64,000 bases of DNA, taken from positions 4,823,397 to 4,887,396 of the forward strand of contig NW_002060945.1 in the NCBI RefSeq assembly GCF_000150275.1, in the 5' to 3' direction. Of the stretch, positions 1-19,890 are shown in pieces (the first letter of the stretch is position 1; each line of letters starts with the position of its first letter). A program made the translations under genes and the position numbers. The DNA comes from Trichoplax adhaerens. Its lineage: Eukaryota > Animalia > Placozoa. The notes under the pieces are model-generated. The model ran no database searches and was not told the origin of the DNA. It saw only the letters and a list, made by a program, of their open reading frames with translations.

Positions 1-438
1 TAATGTATAAATATTAATAAGTAACGATCGCATAAGTGCCATAAAAAGATGTTATTATCTCTATAATCTAACAAGTGACTATTAAAAACTCGTAGTATTT
101 TGCAGTACTGAATGTTTTTTACGGTGTACGTGTTCATTACGAAAAATTTTGTATCCGTAGAATCACATACAATGCAGTAGTATATTATATCGTGTCTACG
201 CATAACAACGCTATACCAAATATTAATCGACAAAAATGCTATTAAAATTGTTCTGTAGATAAAATTATTAAAAATGCAATTTAGAGTGATATATTATCTG
301 GATTCTGTGACATCTTTATTAGTACGGTCATTAAATTTTACTAGAGCACATATTATGACCTTTGCAACTGTATATCGGCTATACACATTTGTTCGATGTA
401 CTTATATATATGCCATTCATTCTCACTTGCAATAACAG

Positions 439-7599
<7,161 letters not shown>

Positions 7600-9211
7600 C
7601 GGAGATATACTTTAAATACTATCAGATATGCAGATATAGTTGTTGTCAGACTTACTAGAAATATTCATTCATCTGATCATATATATTCTCACTTATGCAA
7701 ATATAGTGCAGTTAGCTAATACCATGCAATTTGGTCAAAAATATTTTTACTTATTTAACGACTAAATTGATTTGAAATGAGTAGTATGTGAGCAATTTAC
7801 TCGTATAACATTCACATTATAGTTATATTAATTTCATTCGAAGTTAACATTAAAACAACCTAATTTTTATCGTAGCAGTTACTACGGCTGACTTTTAGCG
7901 CCATTATGCTACTAGTTCTTTTTCTACCCGTTTGCTGTTTGCAGTAGATATTTTAGAATCTTTAATCTCTGTTCTAATGATTATGCACGAAGGTGATTGT
8001 ATCCTGGAAAGGAATTGTGATGTATAATTAGTTATGATAACGTTGTCTAATCTTTCGATTTTAAATAGTATTTTTATTGATCTTAAATACGGTCAAGTTT
8101 TTATTAGTTGCTGCTGTTCATTATAGTTATTTATCTCGACAATAATCGCTGGTGGCGATGGTTTACTCATCTATTTTTGTAACCTATAAATATCAATGAC
8201 TTAATGTAAACGGTGTAGCTTTGTATCATAATACGAGTTTTAATACAGATAGTACAGTATCACCTACGCTATATACCTTCGCAAATGATCAATATTAAAG
8301 CGATTCAACGCTTTGTGTTTGTTAATACTATGTGTTGGTATAATATTTTTGCAAATCACAAATGGTATGCGCAAAGGGTATCGTATTAGATTATCATACA
8401 TCGTTCTGCTCTACAGTCGAACAGAAGGCAATGTAGATAATTCAGCTGGTTCGCTTGGCAAATACCGTTATGTACAATATGATATATTGTATATCATGCG
8501 GATACTACATATATTTAATTGCAGTATTTTGCTGATGTCACCATATACGGTAGAGCGCTAGACGCTTGTCCTATATATGTTTATGTAGTTGGTAAAAATT
8601 TCAACGTCGTAGTTCATACGAAGATTTTTAGCATCTGAAGTATAGAAGTTATTTAAGTTCAATGCATTAACTCAAACAGCACTCCAAATGACCATGATTA
8701 TTTATTTATTTTATCAATGTTTCAAAAATATTAATAGCTAACATGGTGACCAGCTAAGAAATATTAATTACTACTGTAACAATAGCTTTCGCTTTGTCGA
8801 CAATACGCGTATCACCTATGATACATGGACATAGTTTACAATAAGGAATTTCCTTTTGGCGTGTATGAAAATGTTATCGATATCCTGTTTACGAATCCAG
8901 CAAGTGGCTGTAGGCTATTGTTAAATCAATAGATATCATGTGATGCAAAAGAACGAAATCCTTTTACATTATGTACAGTAATAATTATTTTCAACCATTA
9001 GTCTAACAATCTTTAGCTGTAAGACATGTTCGCAAGCCAGACAATATGGAAAGATTTGTATTTACTATATACATTACACGGCATGTTGATTTAATTAGTT
9101 ATTCTTTTGATCCTTATACTTATTGCATATTTATTTCAGTTGCAAGTCAGCTAAGATGAAGTCTATTTGTGTAGTCAATTCATAATCTGCCAATTTTTGC
9201 CTTGCTGTAAA

Positions 9212-12200
9212 TTAGGTAGCTTTTGATTGATTCCTGAGCATCGTTCTCCAAGGATGCTCATTTTCTAGGCGCACGTTGTCTAATGCGTAGTTTAATTTGC
9301 GTTGATAGTTTTCCTCTGCCGTCTAGGTACATAGAATCGAAATCAGCATATAAAGATCTCGGGCGAAGTCATTGATTTACTAGACATACAGTAATTATAA
9401 ACTACTTTAACTTTATAGAAAATAGAAATTTAATGTAGAAGTACAGATTGCATACACGCGGAGATTTTCGCTGAGTGCATCAAGATAACTGCTTAGAATT
9501 TAATTTTATCAATACTTGGAAGGCAACTCTATATAATTTTAACATGATTAGACATTACAATTAACTTACAACTTCAATTTGATCATGTTTTCGCTGTCGT
9601 AATCTTTCAGTATCTTTGATACGGCTTTGATAATTGATTTGCATTTCTAAATCACGTCTGTAGGCTAAATCATGCTGTTAAAGGAAAATCGAAAAATATA
9701 CATTATTGCCAACAATTATCATACCCAGCACATATTCGTATTACCAAAAATACAGTAGTGCGGATTAATAAATAGCGAAGTAGCGGTAGTAAACTTCATA
9801 TGATAATTAAATAATACCTCTTTTCTTTCTAATTTTTGGTGTAATTCCAAGCGTTTGTGCTCCTCCATACTGTCCAGTAGCTCCTGACGGGCAATTGCTT
9901 CTTTAGCCTGGCGTTCTCGGTTTTCTTGTACTATTATTGATTAATTAGTTACAATTGTGGTGTAAGTACGGCATGGTAGACAATGATATAGGTGTTCTAC
10001 CAGTTGTAGAGCTACATGCGTATGGTTATGGTATGACTTCTGTATAAACCGAATAGTGAACATTAGTTCATCCGTAAATACTTGAGAAGCTTACATTTAA
10101 TTTGTAATTGTTGTCTTCTGGTTTCGAATACTTCAGCCATCAATTTATTACGAGCTTCAGTTTCTCGTCGCCTTTGCTGATCTCGTTTCTGCCATTGTTT
10201 TTCAATCTAATTGAATAAGTTGCAGGATTGATTAGTTACACCATAATTGAATAAGTTACAGGATTAAATTTTATTAACTGGTGGGAAATAACTTATGATA
10301 GGGAGAATTGAAAATATCGGAGAAAAATATTTATCTCATTTATTTCTTTGGCGTTATTCGTCTAACATGAATATCAAAGTTTAGTTCGAAGCTTACTAGA
10401 TAACTAACAAGTTAGATTTTTTTATTAAGTTCGTCATTTTTTCATGTTATAATATTATTATACGAAGTTTCGTCGAAATTTCAAAACGTCAAATGGTTAA
10501 TCTACATATATACTCTAAATCAACGAATCTACGATTGTTATGAGTAGCAAATCTTGCTACAAAGCCCGATGTCTTATAGAAATTCTATTTATAAATGACA
10601 ACCAATAATAGAATTTTAGCATCTTTTATGATTACCTCAGTATTTACTAATGTGTCCAATTCCTTCTCTCTTCGTTGTTCTTCTAATTTTTGTTGTTTAA
10701 GATATTCGTGATATCTCATAGTTTCTTCGCGTAAAGCAGTCTTTTAGGAAATAATACAACAAGAGAAATAGTAATTAGTTATTTTTACGAATGAAACTTT
10801 TATATAAGAAAATTAATGTTAGCTATATTGATCTTAGAGGTATGTACCGAAAGCCAATCTTATACTTTGTTGTAGATATATTTAACATACCTTTCTTTCC
10901 CTTTCTTGCTTTTCTTCAGTTCTTGTTTCTTGCATTAATTGTTCTAAAATTTTCATGTCTGTATCTAACTCTTCCTGTAATTCTTTAGCTTGTTTTCTCA
11001 TTTTCAGTCTTAATGATTGCTCATGAATCTTCCTAGTTTCGGCTTGGCGAGCTATTTTTTCTTGCAACATTCTTTTTTCTTCTAGGGCTCGTAGTTTAGC
11101 TTCTTCCGCCTGTTTTATGTAAATATTTCGTTAGGAAGTCGAAGCAACATTGTGTATCAAGCATTAAGTATGGATTCATGTAAACATTATAACCCTCATA
11201 CAACAAAACAGCAATTAAAATATTTTAGAATACGTAATTATATTGCTGCATTTACCATCAGTTTCGCTTCATCTTCTTTCAGTTTAAGCAGTTCTTTCTT
11301 ACGTGCTTCTAATGCTCCCATCTGCATAGTTTGAGTCTGTCATGGTCGAAGAATTAGTGAGTATTAATCATGGAACTATTTGTGCATCGAGTTGAAGAGT
11401 GATATAGTATTGTAAGAAATATTGCATATACGAAATTGGAGTAAACATGATTGACGTAAGCAATTAAATATTGTACGACTGTATTCTGTTTCGTTTAATT
11501 TCAGTAATTCTGTGTATTTATTATAATTATTGAAAGTAAAAAAGCTGATTTTTCAATCTCACCTCCAAAATTTGCTTATTTCGCTTATGAAGCTCCATAG
11601 CTTCATTTTCTTCTCGTTGTAATTTAGCTAAACGGTCCTTCTCCCATAAATCCGCGTATATTTTTTCTTCTGTTATATAAAAATTTGTTGATATGAGATA
11701 GCGGAAGGCAAAGATTCAATGAAAAGTTTACTTAGTTAGACATAAAAGTAGAAACTTTACATTAGTATTTACCGTTCTTGTGTTCTTGTGTTTGTAATTC
11801 CTTAACATTTATTTGATACTGCCTCTCTTTGGCAACTTCCACTTCAATTCGCTTGGACTGTAAGGTTCTCAGTTCTTGGCACTGTTCTCTATAATTCCGA
11901 ATAGTGTTAATAGACCATTAATGATAAATATTAGTTGATCCTCTTACAGCTGTGTTTGCTTAACACACTTCTTCTCTAACCTGAATTGTTGGTCCAATTT
12001 TTCTTCAACCAGCTTTTGCCTTTCTATTTCTCTCTTTTCTCTTAAATATTTGGCTCTTTCCCTCATTTTAGCTTGTCTTTCTATTGTAGTTTCTTCCAAT
12101 GAAGCTAATTCTTGTAAATATTGCTGTTCCTCGCAATAAAGTAGTTCGCGTAAGTGATCTCGTCTTTCCTCTAAAGCAAGGCGTCTTTCTTGACTAGCTT

Positions 12201-12815
12201 CATCCATTTTTCTATTGATGTGATTTCGCATGATCTTCTTTTGTGTGCTGTTTTCCCAGTTAGCCTGATGTTAAATATCAACATTCTCATTTAATTGAAA
12301 TTTTAGAATTCGAAATAATAAAGTTAACATAACAGTTATAAATTCTAGCTAGAGGCAAGGGTTGAATGTTAACATCTGATTCCTTAAGTCCACCAATACA
12401 ATCAACTTTCAATGTTACCTTCATATCTGTTTTCTTAGTAGTAGCCAAGATTTCTAAAGCATCATTGCGTATGTTTTCTCGTCTTTGTGATGCCATTACG
12501 ATATGATCTGATGAACGAAAAGGGCGAGGACGAGCGACCTAACGTTAATACGTGGAAACGTAATGATTATTTTTATAGTAATTGAGGGTTCCAATTTATT
12601 AGCGTTATCCCATTTTATATAGCTGATTTAGCTGATATACATTATATCATAATATAGTGTACGACATCGTGACAAAATTTTAAATTTTGAATGGAACTGA
12701 TAAATAATGACTGATATATCGCTCTAAAAATTTTCTCACTTACCAATGCTACGCTATGAGGTGTAGGTCCTGTTATTTCACGAAGCCCTCTGGATCTATT
12801 CGTAGTTGCTGCCAT
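9212..12815 (-). CDS. CFAP53: Cilia- and flagella-associated protein 53 (CCDC11), coiled-coil trichoplein-like; multi-exon
   Basis: N-terminus MAATTNRSRGLREITGPTPHSVALVARPRP, long E/R/K/Q coiled-coil exons (LEERRDHLRELL, ERQAKMRERAKYLREKRE), and C-terminal HPWR. Stop TAA at 9214-9212. Confidence 0.88.
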
Positions 12816-13187
12816 CGCGATTATATTCAATAAGTAGTTTTCGATACCTGCGATGCTTTAATTATTTTGTAGTAATAGGGTTAAGTAATCTCCAAAATAT
12901 AAGCGGCTTAACTGTCAAATTTACGATCTTTGCAACGTTCTTCTGACTTTGCAATGTAGAATGTGTACTCAACGCACAATAATGAAGTTTTTTTATCTAG
13001 TGAGGACAAGTAGTAACGGCCTGCTTCAAATGAGTACGTTTGTGATTGCCACCTAGAAACTAATTCGTGTTATATTACGGGGAGTCGAGAGTTTCGAGTC
13101 CCAGAATGATACGATGCTTATATTGGATGTAAGATATCATCTACAGTATAAAACAATTTTCTCCAAAGAGTTGTTTGTGCCCAGTGC

Positions 13188-13230
13188 GTATCTATGGCAA
13201 CAAATCAACTTCCAACGGTTCCTCAGCAAC
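13188..13230. promoter_or_regulatory. Pair of RFX X-box motifs upstream of CFAP53
   Basis: GTATCTATGGCAAC (13188-13201) fits RTHNYYWTRRNRAC exactly. GTTCCTCAGCAAC (13218-13230) is a 13-bp variant. Both lie about 370-415 bp upstream of the ATG of a ciliary gene. Confidence 0.7.
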
Positions 13231-13258
13231 CACGCACAATCGTAATTTATTATTAGAC

Positions 13259-13540
13259 ACAGTACAGTATTAATGTTTGTTTCTACAATTTAATTATTGC
13301 TGTAGTACTGTACTGCATATGATTGCACCTTTGGTACATACTGTATCATACCGTAGTTTACTGAACAGTGAGTGAACACTATACTGTATCATTTCCAGAT
13401 AAAGTACCGTAAACCGTAGTAAACCGTCATAGTCTACAGTACAACAAATTACAGGTTCTCGGGCGTGGCGAGTTTGAACAGTACGGTACAGAATAGTACT
13501 GTACATTACAATACTACTGCACTGTACTACAGTATTTTGG
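13259..13540. promoter_or_regulatory. TACAG/CTGTA motif cluster plus GC-box (GGGCGTGGC, 13461-13469), CFAP53 upstream region
   Basis: Dense ACAGTAC/GTACTGT copies and an Sp/KLF-type GC box. Confidence 0.5.
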
Positions 13541-14482
13541 TTCAAACTGAAACCGGAACTCTCGGAGGTGTATCTGTGACACTTGTGTTCATCCATACTG
13601 TAATTCATTCAAATAAGTGAGGATTACAATTTTATCATTGGTATTATAGCATAGCAATTTGCTGATTGAATGATCATATGATGCAACGCACCGTTTTCTG
13701 AATACCTAGAAGACTCAGTTTTCTGACTTTCAATAAAGTACCTTCAACCGTCTCTACATATATTAGAATCTAGTATTTACCGTAATAAATTAAAATTTAC
13801 GGTAGATATAACATTGAAAATATCATTTTATTTTTTTTATTTATATATTCGGATACAATAAAGCATAAAAACAGCATATCATTAATATATAGCATTACTA
13901 AATAAATCTACGGTTATCGAGGCCAATGTCTATTTGCCGTAAGATATAACTTATATTGTACTGCTATTTACTTAACGAACTACGATGATATAGTTTGCTC
14001 TATCTAAACTTTACCCGTTGGAGACTATTCATAATTAATTAGAAACAAAAAACATTACCTTATATCAGATATTAAGTTTAATACGCTATTTTTACGATGA
14101 GAAATGTCAGTGATTATAAAGAATCTGAACGAATCCAAGTAACTGAATAATAATAGCCAACAAAATTGCGTGCAAGATTATACATTTACAATCACAATTT
14201 AATAACTACAGTAATATCAAAGCTTATCATAATGAAGACATACTGTACCAAGCATAACGAATTTCTGATTGGTATAATCAAATTATGATATCAAATGCCT
14301 ATCTTTCCTTTGTTTCAATTAATCTAAACTGATGCATTGATAATGAAATATCCTGTATCAAGATGAGTTATAGAATTATCATATGGATCCATCAAAAATA
14401 CTACTAATACTTTCATTATAAGGAATTTCGTGCTCACAACTTTGAAGATATTGAAATAGGCAAATTATAACATAAGTAAGGT

Positions 14483-17400
14483 TTAGGCAATCGATTGAAC
14501 TTCCGGAATAAATCCTTCCCAGTAAGTGATCAACTATTAATAAAAGATTTTCGTTATTGTTATCAATCAGACATAATACTTTAAAACATAAACTTGAAGA
14601 TGCCACTTACTTCCTCCTGCGTATGCAATAAAGATTCAACATAACGGATAATTATATCACGGAATTCTTTCACTCGTACTTTCTGTAACAGTAATGAAGA
14701 TATCATTGGATCAAAAATGTTACTTACATTGGGCTTGTTCATTTCTTTAACAATAAATTTAGGAGCAATGGTAACTTTACCTCAAATCTTTCAATTTCAT
14801 CTTTAATGTCATCAGAAATCTTTTCGAATGCTTTTTGTCCATTTTCAACCTTTGTTTCCCACTATTTTACGAATCAACACATTATACTAAACTTTGGCCA
14901 TAACCACGTAAAATATAAATCTATTATCATATTTAACCTCCTTGATTTCTTGTCTAATTTGTTGCAGTTTCTCCGTTTTTCCTCCAGCTTGCGTCTTAGC
15001 TTCAGTTTCTCTCTTCTTCGTAAGCGTATTCTGGCAATTTTGCCAATGACTAAATACCTTCACGCGCTCATGAAAAACATTCTGCATAGCAAATGATATT
15101 AATTCCAGTAGTTTAAATAACAGGTTAGGATAGTTATTTTAGATAGCAGAATATTAGTTTAATTGCAGAATCTAATCTAATCTAACCTTTACAGGAGTTA
15201 GTAATCGAATGTAGTCGCTAAGTAATTCCGCCAAAAGAAAAAAGTCACTTTGGGTCTACAAGTGGCACAATACATAATGATTTTTTTTAGTGATAGCAAA
15301 TATTAAAGCTAGCAAAACAAATACTTTTAGCCTGACCTGTTTTTGCATTAGCTGATCAATTTTCTCTTCTACATCTGCTAATTTCACGAGAGCATGGGAT
15401 AGACCTGTATTTTCCTCAGCGTTACTAAGCATAGCACAAGCTTTTGCAAATTCACCCGTATTTTTAGCGGAATCTATTTCATGAGATAATCGCATATGAA
15501 ATTTAAACATACTGTCAATGTATTGCAACAATAGCTGTAACAGCTTAAGGTTACTGAAGTGGTATTATAATTCGAATAAGGATAATTAAAATAAAGACCT
15601 TTTCTGGCATTTACAAGAGACATGACGCATTCATACAGCTTTTTTAATTGTAATTCCAAATTTTCAAATTGATGTGACTTTTCTTCGAACCACTAATACA
15701 TAATAAATTACGCAAAATATTATTTTATGCTTAGATATATAAGACTACTTAGTAGAAAGATTGCATACTCTATCGGATTCTAGAGATTTAGACGTAATTT
15801 TTTCTACTTGATGGCCAAGTGTTTTGGCAAAACGCTTCAATCCTCCAACGCTTAATGCCGACATATTCGTAGCATGTGGTAACTATAATGAAGACCCCTT
15901 ACAGTTAAAGTCTTAAGAGATTTCCAAGTAAAAATTACGGCATTTGCCTTACATCTTGCTCGTTCTCTAGAAACTCGCGCAGTTCCGTATCTTTCCTTAG
16001 GACTGGATGCGAAGCTGTACGCAGTATGTATCTAATAATTTAATAAAGAGTGATGCGGCATTTTAGAAAAGATATTCTGTCCAATTTGTAAATAGAAGTA
16101 GAAGGCAAATACCTCTCCAATGCAGCTCTTCGTTTTCCAACAAAATCCGAAGCACCGCCTCCTTCACTGAATTTGGCTTTTGTATTACCTTTATAAGAAT
16201 ATTCATACAAAGTAAATGACTGGTACTATCAGCATCATTCTAAATTAGTAGGAAAGTATGCTATTTTGTTGTACTTTACCTATCATACTCTTTTCCGGTG
16301 CTGGTGGAACTATCACTCCTTTCGGTGTATACTTCTCGCTGAGTCGAGAATATAGGGCTAGAAAGTCGCTAAAGCGACGTTTAACTTTCGATTCGCGTTT
16401 CTTGAAGAGCGGCAAGTTTGTCTAAAATGTAAGGTATATATACACGATATCACGTATATAATACAGAAAGTTTAACATTTGGAAGTAATACGGAATACAT
16501 TCCAAATAGATTAATTACTTAGCGTTACAGATGCAGCAGTCCTTTTAAGCATAAAACTCTAAAGAACTGTAAACTTTTTATTAACTAAGTAACTAAGTAA
16601 CTCCACCGCGACTGCTACTATACACGTACATAAGGATGAGTAAAAATATAAGGATTGCCATATTTTATTTTCAGTATGGTGCATAAATGTGTTATACAAT
16701 TAATTGCCACTCGATAATAGTTATGTCATTGCAAGTAGTAATTTAGCTTTTACTGTTGATATGGATGGTTGGAGGATACGGATACAAATTGCTATACTGA
16801 ATGTCGAATTACACTAAGAAGTTAACATCTGGTTAAAAATAAGTGTTAACGTTAAAAGTAATACCTTTGTCGTTATGGTATACTTATAATATGAACTCAT
16901 TCCGTCACCTGTATGAAACAATATTTTGATAATGCGTTTCAATAGAACCCATAAAGATAGCATAACAATATAACAGTCATGGAGTTAAAGTTATATTACA
17001 CTAGTGCAATGTGCTACCGAATGCAAATAGAACCTAATTGTATACTTAAGATACTTAGATGTGATTACTATCGTTACAGACGAACAGCTTACTATAAAAT
17101 ATTATAAAACTAAAACAATGACGCAATTCACTGACCAACTTTCTCCGGATCCGAAACCGATATTTCGATAGTTGCATCTTGGTCAGTGTCGTTACTTTCA
17201 TCTTGATCTTCCTTAGAGGTCTATAGAGTGACCAGATTGTTTAAATATTCAAGCAATTGAGATTCCGATAGACAATTGTGCATCATTTATCTGAAGATCA
17301 TAGTGAAATACTAAGACAGCCATAATGTGAACCTTCATAGATTTAATTCAGGGAGAATTACAGCAGCAAAACAATTTAAAATGAGAAAACTACTTCAGAA

Positions 17401-19121
17401 AAAGCAGCATATTAAATCGTACTAACTATCCAAAATAGTACGATCACCATAGTTTTACTTTTGCTATCAACTTTACAAAGGTAATATCAAGAATTTTAGA
17501 AAGAGATCTTTAGTACAGTACATTGCCGTAAACCATTCTACAATAGGGATTATTAACAATCATAAACTACAGTTAAACGATAATTTGTAAATACTACAAT
17601 CGAGTAAGCTCAATTTTTATGTGTCTACGGACTCGCCCTCAGATTGCAGCTCTACCAATAGTTATGCGTAAAATCATCTTTCAATATTGTACAATTTAAT
17701 GTGCGCTAGAGATCTTATAAGAGAGAGAAATGAATTATCTAATAACCCAAACACTCTCGTCTCTACTGTGCAGTATAGTGTACAGTACATTCAGTATAAT
17801 CCAAGTAGCATAGATACAGTAGTTACTGTAGCTGTAATTCGAAAATTATAATCAGTAATTTTATGTTTGATCTCATTGGCAAAGAATGTGTATTTTCAAT
17901 AGACTAGTGGTCGCAAAGACTCTATCGTCGTATTGCGCATTTTGTAATCATCCATTTGATAAAATAAAATTATACAATACTGTACAGCACTGTACAGTAT
18001 AATTGCTAGCGGATAGATAACACTTTACTATCTTTGTGTGTTCGGGCTGATGATATGAAATATGTTAGTTATTTAATCGACCCGTTTTTTTAACTAAAGA
18101 TTATAATTACGCGTATACATACTGTAGATTAATTAATTAGGTTAAGTAATTGATTTTAAACATAACTATGCTGATACATAACTGTTGCTTTCTTGTTATG
18201 GTAGTTTTAATGGCAACGGTACTTCAACTAATGTAAAGTATTGAGTTACCCCTATATGAAACGATTTAATCATGTTGAAAGTGTGGCCGATATAGTATCT
18301 CTAAAGTGAAAAATGAAAAAATCAATAGCGAAACTGCTTGCATGTGAGCGTACTTTGTAGATGTACGCGAAAGGGAGAATGTGGTATGGTAAACTGGTAG
18401 TAGAACGTATGCTGATGATCGTGGCCAGCATCTATGCGCGTATTTGGATCAGATCGGATATCAGATGATCGTTCAATTAGGCTATCGATGATAAGTTACT
18501 AACAATAAGCAAATAATTTATCAACAAGTCATAATATGACAATCCAATATCGCACTTATCATGTTTCCAGTCAGTAAAAGTAGAATCAAATCTGTCTTCA
18601 ATTTGTATAATTCATAGCAAGAGCAAAGACTGTCGTATCTATTATGACCATATATTGAACACTCGTCCAGTACAGTGCTATGTTACAAAACAGTAGAGTA
18701 CAGTATTTCGATATCCATTAATGTAAAGGCTATATATAATTACCTCAGAAATATCTGGATTCTGTTGGCTGTGATTATCCTCCTCCATCTCTACATGATG
18801 ATCTACCTCCTGTTCTGCAATAGCAGCAATCTGTGGACTTGCTTGGGTTTCTTCATGATGTTCTTGCTTAACTTCAGTGGTAGTGGCGTCAGCGATTGCA
18901 GCAGCAGCGCCAATCGGTTCTTGGATTTCTAAAGTCGTTTTAATACCGACATCAGCGTCTTGACGATCATTAAGAAATATAGGCTCCTCTTCTAGTTCAG
19001 GTTGTTCAAAGCTTAGATTGCTATATTCATCGTTAGTATCGGAGACATTAGTTGGTTGGGTGGTTTCTTCATCCGAGTTGTTACTATCAAGATCCGGTGG
19101 AGGTTGTTCGCGTTCGGCCAT
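14483..19121 (-). CDS. SNX2: Sorting nexin 1/2 (PX-BAR); multi-exon
   Basis: Starts [11 protein letters not shown] motifs [48 protein letters not shown] helices follow. C-terminus [16 protein letters not shown]. Probably the single pro-ortholog of SNX1/SNX2. Confidence 0.93.
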
Positions 19122-19199
19122 GCTGCTTGGTAATGGTGGATTACTGCAGAGAGACTGATCAATTTGGTAAAGGTTACTGACGGAAAATTGGGGTATTGT

Positions 19200-19740
19200 C
19201 CACTGTACAATGTACAGTACACGATATGTAGGTGTATCATGCAGTATCACGGGTGGACCACGGTCCTTAATGGTTACGTAACTTCATCACTCCAATCGGA
19301 TCCGATCCGATCCATCAGGGAGTTTATCCAAGGAGTCTGTGCAGTACGATCGGAAAATGACGACATTCAATCTGGTAACTCAAGCATTTTACTATGAGTG
19401 TGCAGATTTACGTGACAGGTACAATTACTGGCTTACGCGTACCGTACGGATAAACTGGACTGTATAGTATACAGTACAGTACAGTACTGTACGTACTGAT
19501 ACAGTCTATAGAAAGAAAAGCAATTGGAGGCCATTGCTTTCCACTATCAACTACCAACGGTACGAAATCACCTAATTCAATATTTGTCAATACTGCCAGC
19601 TGTACTGTACAATGTACTGTAAAGTACAGTACGGTGTACTGTGAAATGGACACTACTGTACTGTGTACTGTAAATGTAGCAAGTGAAAACAGTATCATTT
19701 TAAGACCACGTATGTTTCCAAATTTTGAATACTGCACTCT
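19200..19740. promoter_or_regulatory. Divergent promoter region SNX1/2 - PRRC1 with TACAG/CTGTA cluster
   Basis: ATGs at 19121(-) and 19891(+). Contains TACAGTACAGTACAGTACTGTAC near 19470-19492 and many further copies. Confidence 0.6.
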
Positions 19741-19890
19741 GCACAAAGTGCCTGACTAGCTAAAAATAGAAGATAGAGTAAAGTAAAAGTCCGTTTTGCT
19801 ACAACGAAGATTAAAGATTAATTATTGTTATTGTAGAAGAGTAATACAGTGAGTGTTCTAATCTAGTCTACTTCAAGTTCAAGATCAATA

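Noticed and set aside
8313-8561. ORF between the convergent ATP8B and CFAP53 ends, and antisense ORFs over exons (e.g. 38172-, 18675+, 14806+, 10791+)
   Set aside because: Mostly non-ATG starts or shadows of real exons, with no independent coding signal.
10208-10265. 22-bp near-duplicate at a CFAP53 acceptor region
   Set aside because: Trivial local duplication with no evident consequence.
12998-13104. tRNA-like TTCGAGTCCC near 13093
   Set aside because: No cloverleaf, acceptor stem or convincing A-box.
13294-13608. ORFs rich in Y/S/T/V/C/Q (13294-, 19408-, 28315-, 43903+, 55036+)
   Set aside because: These are translations of the stop-poor TACAG/CTGTA promoter arrays and adjacent spacer DNA, with no protein family features.
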